DNA of 64,000 nt from Cyanobacteria bacterium J06626_4 (GCA_038523235.1 JBCBJQ010000010.1:32001-96000), one strand, 5' to 3'; shown: positions 41,644 through 52,812, counted from the stretch's first letter. A program made the numbers and translations. The notes: a model not told the origin generated them from the sequence alone.

Positions 41644-42264
41644 GTGTCACCTACGATCAAAACAGTTGAGCAATTTCTCGCTGCTTACCAGGGCGGTCAG
41701 CATGAGTTTTTGCAGCTCTCTTTGCCCGGGGCAAAGCTGGCTGAGCAATATCTCCCTTTTGTCACGCTTGAGGATGTTGACTTCGAGCAGGCTAACTTAC
41801 GGAGTGCTGTGCTGACGGGAGCCTCCCTAATTCGGGCCAACCTGGAGCAAGCTAATCTCCAGCGGACGAATCTGATCGGTGCTGACCTGATCAGAGCGAA
41901 TCTGCTGAAAGCGCACCTAGTGAATGTCTTACTCGCTTCCGCCAATTTATCGGGGGCGTATCTGAGTGGCGCTGATCTGCGGGGGGCAAGCCTCGCCGGA
42001 GCCAATTTGAACGGGGCAAATTTGCGCGGTGCTGATTTGCGAGAGTCTAATCTTACGGGGGCCACCCTATTCGGCACTAACCTGACCAACGCTAACTTGC
42101 GGGATGTCTCCCTTGAGGAGGCCAAACTTAGCTACACGATTATGCCCAATGGCTATTGCTTGGTCGGTGAAAACGACGTTGACGCCGACCCCAATCATTC
42201 TCAGGTCTCTCTGACAAACATTGCTGCCTATTCGCGCCTCTCGCAAAAATTCAAAAAGTTTTAG
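41644..42264 (+). CDS. Pentapeptide repeat protein
   Basis: Many A(N/D)LxG repeats. Confidence 0.92.
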   Translation: MSPTIKTVEQFLAAYQGGQHEFLQLSLPGAKLAEQYLPFVTLEDVDFEQANLRSAVLTGASLIRANLEQANLQRTNLIGADLIRANLLKAHLVNVLLASANLSGAYLSGADLRGASLAGANLNGANLRGADLRESNLTGATLFGTNLTNANLRDVSLEEAKLSYTIMPNGYCLVGENDVDADPNHSQVSLTNIAAYSRLSQKFKKF

Positions 42265-42553
42265 GTGTTGCCGCAATACACTGAGCCGAGTCAAAATCAT
42301 GCTGCCATCCAGGAAGTTCCAGCAGCGACTAACGATGCAAGCTGTGAGGATGCAGATGGCTGGAAATGTTGCTGCTGGATGAGGATTTCAGAAGGGGATT
42401 ATCGCGATCGCGACTGAATCCCTTGAATGCTGAACCCACAAGTTACCCTGAGAGTTGCGTAACCCACTCAGTCAGGCTGATTGAGGGTGTGCCCGCCAGA
42501 GCAGAGTCGTATAATCAAAACTCGCAAGTCAACAAATAGAGAGTCAAGACGAC

Positions 42554-43795
42554 ATGGCGGACTGGCAAGTGGTTGAGGGGGGCGTCACCGCGCCGAAGGG
42601 ATTTCGCGCGGCGGGGGTGGCCGCTGGGCTCAAACCGTCAGGGGCGGCAGATTTGGCGCTGATTGTGTCTGATACCGATGCGATCGCGGCGGGGGTGTAT
42701 ACCCTGAGCCAAGTGCGCGCGGCCTGTGTCGATTATTGCCAGCAGCGGCTCGAAGCCAAACCCTATGCCCAGGCAATCGTGATCAACGCGGGTCAAGCCA
42801 ATGCCTGCACCGGCCCCCAGGGGTGGCAAGATGCCGTTACCACCTGTCAACAGGTGGCTGAGGTGCTGCAGATTCCGGTGGAATCGGTACTGGTCGCCTC
42901 GACCGGGGTGATTGGGCAGCGCATCAAAATGGCGGCGCTGTCAGCGGGCATTCCCCAGGCGGTAGCAAGTCTTTCTGAAACCGGTTCTGCAGCGGCGGCT
43001 GAGGCGATTATTACGACTGACCTGGTGACCAAGTCAATCGCCCTAGAGATGGATTGGGAAGGCCGCCCGATTCGCGTCGGCGGTATCGCTAAGGGGTCGG
43101 GCATGATTCACCCCAACATGGCGACGATGCTGGCCTTTGTGACCTGTGACGCCACCGTGTCACCCGCGCTGTGGCAGTCGATGCTGGGCCGGGCGATCGC
43201 TCACAGCTTTAATCAAATTACGGTCGATGGTGATACCAGTACCAACGACTGTGTGCTGGCGCTGGCCAATGGTGAGTCGCGCACGCCCGCGATTACCGAG
43301 CCTGGCCCGGCCGCTGACCGCTTGGAGGCGATGCTGACGGCGGTTTGTGATCACTTAGCGAAGGCGATCGCTCGCGATGGTGAGGGCGCTACCTGCCTGA
43401 TTGAGGTCGTGGTGACGGGGGCTCCTGATGATGTCTCAGCCCGTCAAGTGGCCAAGACGATTGCCGGTTCCTCCCTGCTGAAATGTGCCATTTTTGGTCA
43501 TGACCCCAACTGGGGCCGCATTGCGATGGCTGCCGGTCGCGCTGGGGTGCCCTTTGACCAAGGCGATCTGCGGATTCAGCTTGGCGACTTTTTGCTGATG
43601 CAGCATGGGCAGCCGCAGCCCTTTGACCGCGACGCAGCCAGCCAATATCTCAAGCAAACTACCGACGGCGATTACCTTAAAACCGACACCGTCACGATGC
43701 AAGTGGGTCTGGGGCATGGGGCTGGCACCGGCATTGCCTGGGGCTGCGACTTTAGCTATGACTACGTGCGCATCAACGCCGAATACACCACCTGA
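42554..43795 (+). CDS. argJ: Bifunctional ornithine acetyltransferase / N-acetylglutamate synthase
   Basis: KGSGMIHPNMATML, DGDTSTND, ARDGEGAT, YVRINAEYTT. Confidence 0.97.
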   Translation: MADWQVVEGGVTAPKGFRAAGVAAGLKPSGAADLALIVSDTDAIAAGVYTLSQVRAACVDYCQQRLEAKPYAQAIVINAGQANACTGPQGWQDAVTTCQQVAEVLQIPVESVLVASTGVIGQRIKMAALSAGIPQAVASLSETGSAAAAEAIITTDLVTKSIALEMDWEGRPIRVGGIAKGSGMIHPNMATMLAFVTCDATVSPALWQSMLGRAIAHSFNQITVDGDTSTNDCVLALANGESRTPAITEPGPAADRLEAMLTAVCDHLAKAIARDGEGATCLIEVVVTGAPDDVSARQVAKTIAGSSLLKCAIFGHDPNWGRIAMAAGRAGVPFDQGDLRIQLGDFLLMQHGQPQPFDRDAASQYLKQTTDGDYLKTDTVTMQVGLGHGAGTGIAWGCDFSYDYVRINAEYTT

Positions 43796-43842
43796 TCGGT
43801 ACCGCGTAACTGCCGATGACCGGCTTCCAGTAAGGTTAAGCT

Positions 43843-45675
43843 TTGAACGTTTTTAGGGCTCTGATTGTCGTGGCTGAGAACACTCCCTATCCCCTGCGAT
43901 CGCTCAGTTTGGGGCTGCTCAAAAGTGCTCAACAGAGCCTCGCGCCCACGCCTCGCACCGGCCATCATCCTCGTGCCCGCTGGTGGTTGGGGCTGACCCT
44001 GCTCTACAGCACCATCATCGCCGTGCTGATTTGGGATTCCATTTCCGGCAACCCCTATGCTCTCGCTGATGATGCACGCCAGCATGTGTTTTGGATGCTG
44101 CGCTTCACCGATCCGGCCCTGTTTGCCAACGACTGGATTGCCGATTATTACCAGTCGGTGTCGCCCCTTGGCTATAGCTGGCTGTATCGCCTGGGGGCAT
44201 TAGTGGGGTTATCGCCACTGCTGCTATGCAAGTTGCTGCCGCCCGTGCTCATCGTGCTGACGGCGGGGATTACTTTTTTCACCGTATTAGAGCTGAGTGC
44301 CCTACCCGCCGCTGGATTCGCCGCCGCCGCCCTGCTGACCCAGTCGGTGGAATATACCGGCACCGTGGCCTCTGGCACCTCTAAAGCCTTTGTCTATGGG
44401 TTGATGCTGCTCTTTATATATGGGTGGCTGCGGCGATCGCTCGCCTGGAGCTGGAGCGCGATCGCCCTGCAGGGGATGTTTTATCCCCAGACGGTGCTGC
44501 TCACGGCGGGTCTGTTGGTGTTGGGCTTAGTGGAGCGACGACAAGGGCGCTGGCGACTGAGTCCGGATCGCCACTTGTGGTGGCTGACCGGTGGCGGACT
44601 GATCATCGCGACGCTGGTGATTCTGTATTACGCGCTTTCGACCAGTCAGTTTGGCCCCACCATGACCGCTGCTGAAGCCCTCACAATGCCCGAATTTTTT
44701 CGCGGCGGTCGCACTAACTTCTTTCAAACCACCTGGCTGGACGCGTTGCTTTATGGTCGCGGCGGGCTGCGGCTCGATACGGCAATGACGCCCGTGACCA
44801 ACTTGCTGGGACTGCTGCTGCCGCTGATGATCCGGTGGCCCCGCCGCTTTCCGCTGGCCCCATCCATCCGCCCCGAGATTGATCTGTTGCCTAAGCTGGT
44901 GGCCACAGCGGTGTTTTGGTTCGTTGCCGCCCATGCGCTGCTGTTTAAGCTTTATCTGCCCAGTCGCTACACAGGGCGCTTTCTCTTAATCGTGTTTGTG
45001 CTGGCGGGGGGCATCGCGACGGTGGTGCTAATCGACTCGCTACTGCGGGGGGCAATCGCCCTGCTGCAGTCCCCGACTACGGGTCGAGTCTCGCGCCGCA
45101 GCGGACTGGCCGGTTTACCGACGGCCCTCGCCTGTGCCCTCGCCTTGCTCGTGATGCTGTATCCCCTAACGATGCCCGGCTATCCCTCGACTTCGATGGT
45201 GCGCGGCAACGCCCCCGAACTGTATACCTTTTTGGCCACGACGCCTAAAGAGAGTCTGGTGGCCAGTCTGTCGGTGGAAACCAGCAACATTCCCAGCTTT
45301 TCCCAACGGGCGGTGCTACTCAGTTCTGAAATTGCGATCCCTTACCATGTCGGCTATTACCAAGAAATTCGGCAGCGGGCCAAAGCCCTGATTGCCGCTC
45401 AATATAGTGCTGATCCGCAAGTCGTGACGGCGTTTATCGAACGCTATGGCGTCACCCACTGGCTGCTAGAAGCCACCGCTTTTGATATCCAGACGCTCAA
45501 CCGCGATCTCTGGGTGCAACAATACCAACCGGAAGCGGGAGATGCCACCACCGTCCTCGCCAGCGGTCAACCGCCTCTATTGCAAACCCTGGGCGATCGC
45601 TGTGTTACCTTTCAAACCCCGCAACATACGGTGCTTGATGCTCCCTGCATTGTGACCGAGATCGCCCCATCCTGA
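43843..45675 (+). CDS. Polytopic membrane protein, possibly a GT-C-type glycosyltransferase
   Basis: Many TM segments, DDARQHVFW loop after TM1, PSRY motif; next to a GT2 gene; start uncertain. Confidence 0.6.
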   Translation: MNVFRALIVVAENTPYPLRSLSLGLLKSAQQSLAPTPRTGHHPRARWWLGLTLLYSTIIAVLIWDSISGNPYALADDARQHVFWMLRFTDPALFANDWIADYYQSVSPLGYSWLYRLGALVGLSPLLLCKLLPPVLIVLTAGITFFTVLELSALPAAGFAAAALLTQSVEYTGTVASGTSKAFVYGLMLLFIYGWLRRSLAWSWSAIALQGMFYPQTVLLTAGLLVLGLVERRQGRWRLSPDRHLWWLTGGGLIIATLVILYYALSTSQFGPTMTAAEALTMPEFFRGGRTNFFQTTWLDALLYGRGGLRLDTAMTPVTNLLGLLLPLMIRWPRRFPLAPSIRPEIDLLPKLVATAVFWFVAAHALLFKLYLPSRYTGRFLLIVFVLAGGIATVVLIDSLLRGAIALLQSPTTGRVSRRSGLAGLPTALACALALLVMLYPLTMPGYPSTSMVRGNAPELYTFLATTPKESLVASLSVETSNIPSFSQRAVLLSSEIAIPYHVGYYQEIRQRAKALIAAQYSADPQVVTAFIERYGVTHWLLEATAFDIQTLNRDLWVQQYQPEAGDATTVLASGQPPLLQTLGDRCVTFQTPQHTVLDAPCIVTEIAPS

Positions 45676-45711
45676 CGATTACTTCGATTTATTGAAATCC
45701 CACTCGCATCT

Positions 45712-45756
45712 GCTCCCCCGCTCCCTGGCTCCCCCGCTCCCTGGCTCTTCCGCTCC
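45712..45756. repeat. Short tandem repeat (STRR-like, gctccccc/gctccctg units)
   Basis: gctcccccgctccctg twice plus a degenerate third copy, between convergent genes. Confidence 0.7.
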
Positions 45757-45789
45757 GTCAGAGATCTCCCCTGCTCAGTCTCATTCCTC

Positions 45790-46704
45790 CTAAAACCGCG
45801 TGGTGCGCTTATCGATCATGTCCGCCAGGAGAGCAAAAATCGTGATCTGAATGGCAGTCACAAACATCAGCAGCGTCGTATCGGTAATGTCTTGCTGAAT
45901 AAAAATGTCGATCACGAGCGAAACACCAAAGCCGCCGAAGAAAAATCCGGCAATGGGCAAAAAGATGCGTAGAGGCGCAAAATAAACGCCCGTTCTGAGA
46001 ATTAGCTGGACGAATCGTAACGTGTCGCGGATCGGCTTGATTTTGCTGCGCCCTTTGCGATGAAAGTAATCGATTGGATGATAGTAAACCACATAATTAT
46101 TGGTCAGCATCGCCAGCGTAATCGTGGTCGTAAAGCTAAAGGTGTCGGGCAAAATGCCGAGGAACTTTTTGACCACGCTGGTGCGAAACACGCGCATACC
46201 GCTATTGATGTCGGGAATGGGCTGCTGGGCAATCCACTGGGCAAAGGCGACGAGAAAGAACTTGGGTACGCTTCGCAGTTTGGAATAGGTGACGTTTGCC
46301 CCCGTGCGCGCGCCCACCACCATGTCCGCTTCTTGGGCAAGCGCAATCAGCTCGGAGAGGCGATCGTTGGGGTAGGTGCCGTCGGCGTCAGTAATCGCCA
46401 CTAAGGGATATTTGGCATGGGCAATACCGGACTTGAGCGCCGCACCGTAGCCTCGATTGCGGCGATGCTGAATCAACTGAATATCGATGCGGGTGGTGAG
46501 AATGTCGGCGGTGCGATCGCGAGAGCCGTCATCCACCACCACAATTTCGTAGATGCAGTGAGCCTGACGCAAGACCTGATGCAGCTCATTCAAGGTTTGT
46601 TCGACCCCATCCTCTTCATTAAAGACCGGTATCACGACCGATACCGCCGCCGTCTCACTGTCTGCTGTCATGCTCTCGACCGTTTCTGCGTTCTGTTCAC
46701 CCAT
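45790..46704 (-). CDS. Glycosyltransferase family 2 (DPM synthase-like)
   Basis: SVVIPVFNEE, VDDGSRD, NRGYGAA, TDADGTY, DINSGMR; two C-terminal TM helices. Confidence 0.92.
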   Translation of the reverse strand: MGEQNAETVESMTADSETAAVSVVIPVFNEEDGVEQTLNELHQVLRQAHCIYEIVVVDDGSRDRTADILTTRIDIQLIQHRRNRGYGAALKSGIAHAKYPLVAITDADGTYPNDRLSELIALAQEADMVVGARTGANVTYSKLRSVPKFFLVAFAQWIAQQPIPDINSGMRVFRTSVVKKFLGILPDTFSFTTTITLAMLTNNYVVYYHPIDYFHRKGRSKIKPIRDTLRFVQLILRTGVYFAPLRIFLPIAGFFFGGFGVSLVIDIFIQQDITDTTLLMFVTAIQITIFALLADMIDKRTTRF

Positions 46705-47283
46705 AATGTCCCTGACGTTGCCGATAGCGGTCTCCCTGGCAGAAAGACCCGAAGCTCTCAACGCTCAAAGCTCGATAGCGCATTCGCGGGACGAATGTCA
46801 GCCGCTGTGAGCAATCGCGCTACCCGCTGATGCAGACTGCAGTGTCTCTCTAGCTGCTGGAGTCGAACCCTCGCTCCTGAGTACCGTCCCCCCCTTGCCT
46901 GTCTGCACATTGAGAGAGCGTTCTTAGCATAAACGTCCATGTCGCTGCGACCCTAGCGCGTTCGGCCTTGGCGGGGGGTGATCGCCTCCTGTATGCCGCC
47001 GTGAATATCGCGGGTGCCGTCGCTGATTTGCTGTAGTTCATCAAAAACTCATATGACAGCTTGACACTTTTTCCTGATTCAGAATTTTCCGATTTGAAAA
47101 CAGAATTAGTGAACTGAGTCTTGCAGGACGATGTCGCTCAGGCAAACCGGCATTTTTTCCATCTCCCAGCCTCGATTTAAGCGATCGCAGTCAGCTGCTC
47201 AAGCAACTAGATTTGCCTTCGCCAGGGGGGCTTGCCGAGCGTTTCTCCCAGTCTCTTTTCCCCAACCTACCTTCGAGTTGTGA

Positions 47284-49596
47284 GTGCATCCTGTGAATAA
47301 TCGTCTAAGTCCGAGCCGTTGGTCGCCCATCGCTGACTATGCCTTGCTGTTAGGGTCAGGGGCCGGGGCGATCGCCTCGATTGCTACCCAAAACGCGACT
47401 GTCGCCACGGTGCCGATGACCGCACTGGTGGCAATGGGTCTGTTGAACCGCCGCCGGATTGACCGCTACCTGCAGCAAACCGACGATAATCTGGCGATTC
47501 TAGAAGGCCAAATGGTATCGGAAGTTTCGATTTTGACCGAGCAGGTGTCGGCCCTGCCGACGCCCGAAGCCATTAATCAGCTGCAGCGGTCGGCGATGGA
47601 ACACAGCGATCGCCGGTATGTGCAATTTTCTGAGGCGATCGCAGCGACTGAGAGTAACTTCCGGCAGCGCCTTGAGGCAATCGAGCGGCCCGATTTGAGC
47701 CATATTCAGCAAGACATGGCTCAACTACAGGATCAATACACCTATGTCAGCACGACCATCGGCAACCTGAGCAAGCAGATTGAGCGGCTGTCTCACCAAC
47801 CCCGCATGGAAGCGACAGAAAATGACGTATCCCAGCTGCAAACTGAGGTCATGCAGCTGCGAGTCAGTTTGGAAAGCCTAGGCAGCGAAAGCAAAACGGC
47901 CCAAGCCACGTTGCAAGATGCGGTGCGCCATCTCGATCGGCGACTGCGACAGGCCCCCAACAGCGCCGACCCCAACATGCTGAAGGGTGAGGTAAGAGAA
48001 CTCATCAAAGCCATGGCCGACCTCGTGCCGCGCCGTGACTTTAATGCCCTCTCGGAAAAAACTCGCGCCCTGCACGCCAGTCAAGAGAGTCTGCAGCAAA
48101 GTGTCGATCGCCTGCGATCGGCTCAGCCTAATGCTGATCCAGACGATCCCAACGGTATCGCGCGGCAGGCTGACCTACAGACGTTGCAGGCCGACTTGAT
48201 GATCATGGCGGAAAGTTTGCAACAGATTGAAGGCCGTTTAGAAGATATTTCAGTGCCCTTCGACATCACCTCAGAAATTCGGGGTACCACCGCCACTTAT
48301 CTCAGCGGCCTGCAGTGGCAGCTCTCGCTGCTAGAGCAACAGACCCAAGAGCTGATGGATCAGCAAACAACTGAAATCGCTGCCGCCCCGACTCATCCCT
48401 CCGTGGCGGCTTTGCCGCCGGGGGCCGCGCCGCCGGTGCCGGATGCCGATGGCTCCTTACAGTGGCTCATGGCGTTTCGCGGTCAGTCGCCGACTGAGGC
48501 TTGGTCTGCCATTGATCAGGCGCTGCTGCAGGCCTTGGATGACGCTGCTGAACGACTCGTATTGGTGTGGCCCTGGTCAGCCGCCGTGCCGCTCGACGAG
48601 ACCTTGATCGAGCGATTTCATGACCTTTTGGCCAGTGGCTGTCGGCTCGAAATCGGCTGGTGTCACCCCGGAGATCGCCACGAAGGTCGCCTGCTTAAAC
48701 AGATTACTCAGCAGTGGCATCTCACCACGGCCCAGCGTCAGTTGTTGAAGTCAACGCTGAACTTGCTGCTGCCGCTCAAAAAGCAATATCCCCACCTGTT
48801 CTCGTTCAAAATTTTGGGCACCAAAGAGCAGTTCATCGTCTGTGACGATCGCTATGCGATTGTCGGGATCGATGCCTTACCTGCTGCCAGCAGCATTTTT
48901 CCAGAATTGGATGTGCGGATTAAAACCACTGAAACGAGCGTGATTGATCAGCTGCTCCAGCGCTTTGAGCATCCTGATGCGCTGCCCGAAGATGCCGTGG
49001 CCTATTTCAATCGAGCTGTTACTCGCTACGATTTACGGGATGCCGAGGGGGCGATCGCTGATTTTGCCCACGTGTTGCGCCTTGACCCAAAGGATGCCGT
49101 CGCACTGAACAACCGGGGCCTGATCTGGGCCGAAAAGAAACAGTATCAGCGGGCGCTAGATGACTTCGATCATGCCCTGAGCAGCGATCCGCGACTGTTT
49201 GCCGCCTGGTGCAATCGCGGCTGGTTACGCCTGCATCGGGGCCAATTGGATGCGGCGATCGCAGATTTCAATCAGGCAATTGAGGCGAATACGGCTTCCG
49301 CGATTCCCTACTTTTATCGGGGCATGGCGCGACAGCGAGTGGGCGATAGCCTGGGGGCGATAGCAGATTTCACCACCGCCATTCAGAAAAGCTCTCAAAT
49401 GGCGCTGCCCTACTGTCATCGCGGCGCGGCTTACCAGCGTCAAGGCGATATCAGCCGCGCCATCACCGATCTCGAAATGGCGGCCTCTCTGCTGCATGCT
49501 CAAGGCAACCATCGTTCTCTGGCGCAGGTCACCCAGGTATTGTCCTCTTTAAAGAAAACGGCCCTCTCGCAGCCGGTGAAGCTGCATTCTGCCTAG
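47284..49596 (+). CDS. Coiled-coil + degenerate PLD-like + TPR protein
   Basis: N-terminal hydrophobic segment, long coiled coil, LVLVWPW...LEIGW...GTKEQFIVCDD, about five TPRs. Confidence 0.78.
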   Translation: MHPVNNRLSPSRWSPIADYALLLGSGAGAIASIATQNATVATVPMTALVAMGLLNRRRIDRYLQQTDDNLAILEGQMVSEVSILTEQVSALPTPEAINQLQRSAMEHSDRRYVQFSEAIAATESNFRQRLEAIERPDLSHIQQDMAQLQDQYTYVSTTIGNLSKQIERLSHQPRMEATENDVSQLQTEVMQLRVSLESLGSESKTAQATLQDAVRHLDRRLRQAPNSADPNMLKGEVRELIKAMADLVPRRDFNALSEKTRALHASQESLQQSVDRLRSAQPNADPDDPNGIARQADLQTLQADLMIMAESLQQIEGRLEDISVPFDITSEIRGTTATYLSGLQWQLSLLEQQTQELMDQQTTEIAAAPTHPSVAALPPGAAPPVPDADGSLQWLMAFRGQSPTEAWSAIDQALLQALDDAAERLVLVWPWSAAVPLDETLIERFHDLLASGCRLEIGWCHPGDRHEGRLLKQITQQWHLTTAQRQLLKSTLNLLLPLKKQYPHLFSFKILGTKEQFIVCDDRYAIVGIDALPAASSIFPELDVRIKTTETSVIDQLLQRFEHPDALPEDAVAYFNRAVTRYDLRDAEGAIADFAHVLRLDPKDAVALNNRGLIWAEKKQYQRALDDFDHALSSDPRLFAAWCNRGWLRLHRGQLDAAIADFNQAIEANTASAIPYFYRGMARQRVGDSLGAIADFTTAIQKSSQMALPYCHRGAAYQRQGDISRAITDLEMAASLLHAQGNHRSLAQVTQVLSSLKKTALSQPVKLHSA

Positions 49597-49675
49597 CGGT
49601 CTACCCTCAAAGTGTTGCCCCATCGGTTGACAGATGCCATTGTCTGCTCACTGGCCCAAAACAGTGACAGTGAGG

Positions 49676-50263
49676 TCACTTGCCCATTTGGCGCTTCAGC
49701 TCATCAAGTTCGGTTTCGGTTTCCCACCGCTGAAAGGTCTCTTCCAACGGATCGACCGGTTTGTTGAAGCTTTGATAGGGGCTTTGCTGCCAACCCGCTG
49801 TTTGACCACTCGGCTCGGTTGCAGCGGCTTGAGCGGCAGCTTGGTGAGCTTCGGCAGCGGCCATTTTGACCTTGAGTTCACGACGGCGATCGTGAATCTG
49901 ACGCTGCAACTGACGAGTTTGTTCAATCCGGTCTTTGACCCCCTGCATTTGGCCCCAGATGTGATTACCCTGACGCAGTAAGGCGGCCTCACGCTCTTGA
50001 GCCGATTGCGCCAAATCTGGCCGATTGGCGGCTTGGGCCTGGGCGGCTCGGGTATGCCAGCGCTGAATTTCTTGCGCAGTTGAGAGAATGCTGTCTTCGA
50101 TTTGCTTTTCTCGACGCTTTAGGTCGCCCAGCAGATTGATCGCGTCCTCTTCTTGCCCTCGCAGCTGCTCTTCCAGCGCCATCAGTTCTAAATGAGGATT
50201 CGCCTTGAGAAATTCGTCTAAACGGCTTTCTAAAAAACGACTCAGATCTTCAAACAAGCCCAT
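49676..50263 (-). CDS. TIGR04376-family coiled-coil protein (PspA-like)
   Basis: MGLFEDLSRFLESRLDEFLKANPHLEL...ERE AALLRQGN..WGQM...F.RWE...EL. Confidence 0.8.
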   Translation of the reverse strand: MGLFEDLSRFLESRLDEFLKANPHLELMALEEQLRGQEEDAINLLGDLKRREKQIEDSILSTAQEIQRWHTRAAQAQAANRPDLAQSAQEREAALLRQGNHIWGQMQGVKDRIEQTRQLQRQIHDRRRELKVKMAAAEAHQAAAQAAATEPSGQTAGWQQSPYQSFNKPVDPLEETFQRWETETELDELKRQMGK

Positions 50264-50311
50264 GCCGCTCGACTCCTCCCGTGAACTGTCATCACTTTAG
50301 GATAAGCCGAC

Positions 50312-51319
50312 CTAGAACTGCTGGCCAATATAGAGGGTTCTGACCTCCCCATTGCGCCGGACAACGGCCTCTTCATTCGCCACTGAGACTAACGACCAGC
50401 CACTGTTGGCAATGCGCTCGCCGATGTAAACCCGTTGGGGCACCTCCTCAATTTCAAATAGGGCAGCAGAGCGATCGCCCAGCTCCAACACGCCCAATAG
50501 CTTATGGGAGTTAGCTGCGACAGCGGCAACCGCGCCTGATCCAGTCGTCGGAGTTCCGGTCGCGGCCCCGCTTGTCGGGGTGCCGACGGCAGCGGCAGTC
50601 GAAGGATAGGGCACATAAACCCGCTCAATGACGTTAACCGCACCGGGCGTCGAAGGTACCCCCGCTGGCGAGGGGGATGGCAAAGCATTGCTGCCAATGG
50701 GCGGTAGGCCGACTGCATTACTACTGTTGAGCGCCACCGTCACGTCAGGCACACCGGTGGTCGCGGTCGGGGTAGCGGGCGCATTTTGGGCAATCACCTC
50801 TAGCGATCGCCGCAAATACTCTAAAAACTCGACCTCACTACCTACAGTGGGCACCTCCACTGACGAAGCCGCAGGAGCCGTTGCGGCCAGCGGCACCTGC
50901 TGACGTTGATGCACCCAAAGGCCAATCGTCGCTATAATTGACAGCCCAGCAGCACCTAACAACGCTCGGTTCATTGTCCAAAACCGCCGCCAGCTTTGAG
51001 GTGTTGAGGTCGGCGTTGCCGTCTCGGTGCTCGCCTCTGGAGACCACTGAGTGAGGGTTTCCTCAGCAGCATGATCGAGCAACACTGCCGGCAGCCCCCC
51101 TTCGGTAAAGCTCAAGGTCAGCTCCGATGCAGCTGGGGTCTCGGCAATGTCTGGCTGCGGAGAAACTTCTAACGCCTCAACGTCACCTTCTAAGGCTCTC
51201 TCGACGCCGTCAAACAGATCATTCATCAAGCGATCTGCTGAGGCATCCGCCATCTGCTCGGGCTGCGGAGGCATGGCAGCTGACTGAGAATCTGAAAGGG
51301 AAGTTTTGCGGTCAATCAT
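50312..51319 (-). CDS. Bitopic membrane protein with C-terminal GspC/PilP-like beta domain
   Basis: One TM, Pro/Thr-rich linker, LLGVLELGDRSAALFEI...IGE.I..SGWSLVSV. Confidence 0.65.
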   Translation of the reverse strand: MIDRKTSLSDSQSAAMPPQPEQMADASADRLMNDLFDGVERALEGDVEALEVSPQPDIAETPAASELTLSFTEGGLPAVLLDHAAEETLTQWSPEASTETATPTSTPQSWRRFWTMNRALLGAAGLSIIATIGLWVHQRQQVPLAATAPAASSVEVPTVGSEVEFLEYLRRSLEVIAQNAPATPTATTGVPDVTVALNSSNAVGLPPIGSNALPSPSPAGVPSTPGAVNVIERVYVPYPSTAAAVGTPTSGAATGTPTTGSGAVAAVAANSHKLLGVLELGDRSAALFEIEEVPQRVYIGERIANSGWSLVSVANEEAVVRRNGEVRTLYIGQQF

Positions 51320-51720
51320 GCCTTATTCTCACGGAAACACCGTCAAACGACTCTTGTAGAAACAACCTGCAGCCAAAAATACTCCATAGACGTTAGCAAG
51401 TCAGAGAAGAATGCAACGCGTTGAACCGAAATTGTTAAGAAAGTTAACAACAGTTTCCCGCGATTGCGGATTCTTGTAGCGCAGCGAGTGTAGCGGTCAC
51501 GGAGTGCGGCGGTAAGGGACACTGCTGGGGCATCGCCCAAATAGGGTGGCTGCGGGTGCGGCGGCTGGGGTCTTTACGACAAAATTTTGCCTTGATGGAG
51601 TGGGGTGTCTCGACGGAGAGAGGGTGAGTGCGATCGCAACTCTACGGAATTATCGTCGTCTAAGTTCTCTAGAGCAAAGCCATTGGCCCGCTGTGCTAGT
51701 ATTTGGAGTGTCTTGGGTTA

Positions 51721-51794
51721 CGGGATGTAGCGCAGCTTGGTAGCGCGCCTGCTTTGGGAGCAGGATGTCGCAGGTTCGAATCCTGTCATCCCGA
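51721..51794 (+). tRNA. tRNA-Pro (TGG)
   Basis: cgggatg/catcccg acceptor stem, cctgc-tt-TGG-ga-gcagg anticodon arm, GGTTCGAATCC T arm. Confidence 0.97.
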
Positions 51795-51997
51795 TTTGCT
51801 TGAAAACGCTTAGGGTTGGGTTGGGGCTACCGATGAGAGGTCTGCCGTTATTTCGCAATTATTGCTAGCATGGCTGCGAGCTGATTGCGGCCTTGGTTAC
51901 TTCGGTTGGCAAGGCGGGGCTGAGTCGAGATATCCCGCCGCAGTGGGCCAGCATTACAGGGCAGAGACCTTGTCGTTTATTGAATCTAGGGAATTGT

Positions 51998-52744
51998 ATG
52001 CAAGGGATTTTTCGTCGGTTAGCTTCTACGGGTCTGGCCGGAATAGCGATCGCGAGCAGTGCACTGTTAGCCGCGCCGGCCTGGGCTTTATCCGAGCAGC
52101 AAATTTTAGAGAAGCTTGGCCAGATTCCTGTCTTTTTGATCGTCAATCCCGAGGGGCAGTCACTGACCGCTAGTGTCAACATTGATGAAGAGACGGAACT
52201 AGAGGTGCCCATTGTTTTTGTGGACTCTCAAGAAGCCGAATCGTTTTTAGCCGAGGCAGAGAACGAGGGCGAGGCTCTGGCTGATGATGCCCAGATCGCT
52301 ATTTTGCCGCTGAGTGATGTCTATGCTGAGGCCAGTGAACAGCTAGAGAGCGCCGAGTCGTTGGTCTACGTCCCCAGCGCGAGATCGCTCAGTCAAGCGA
52401 CTCAGATTGTGGATCAAGAAATCCAAGGCGTGCCTCTATATGCTGCCGTCGATCTGGAGAGCAATCAATATTTATTGACATCGGACAACACCCTGCCGAT
52501 GTTCTTTTCTCTCAATGATTTGCAGTCGCAGGTTTCTCTCCTCATCGAAGCAAACCCTGGGGTCGCCGAATCGATTGGCGTCGAGGTCACGACGTTTGAA
52601 ACCATCCTGCAGAGCATGTCAGCAGAGGATGCTGAGGCCGACCAACTGCTAGAGCTGATTCGATTTGTGCCCTCGTCGCAAACGCTGGAATATCTGCGAA
52701 ACTTATCTGGCGAGGCAGCTCCCGCTGAATCTGGTGATCAGTAA
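51998..52744 (+). CDS. Tic22 family protein
   Basis: Signal peptide ending AWA, LSEQQILEKLGQIPVFLIVN..G, QGVPLY, PMFFS. Confidence 0.85.
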   Translation: MQGIFRRLASTGLAGIAIASSALLAAPAWALSEQQILEKLGQIPVFLIVNPEGQSLTASVNIDEETELEVPIVFVDSQEAESFLAEAENEGEALADDAQIAILPLSDVYAEASEQLESAESLVYVPSARSLSQATQIVDQEIQGVPLYAAVDLESNQYLLTSDNTLPMFFSLNDLQSQVSLLIEANPGVAESIGVEVTTFETILQSMSAEDAEADQLLELIRFVPSSQTLEYLRNLSGEAAPAESGDQ

Positions 52745-52812
52745 GGTGGTTTTTTTCTACACTCAAGCGCTTTAAAGCGCGTCTTTTAAGTACTTTTGCT
52801 TTTGCTGGTGAC

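Noticed and set aside
41276..41815. 179-aa ORF
   Set aside because: Starts inside a MITE-like repeat and overlaps the pentapeptide gene out of frame
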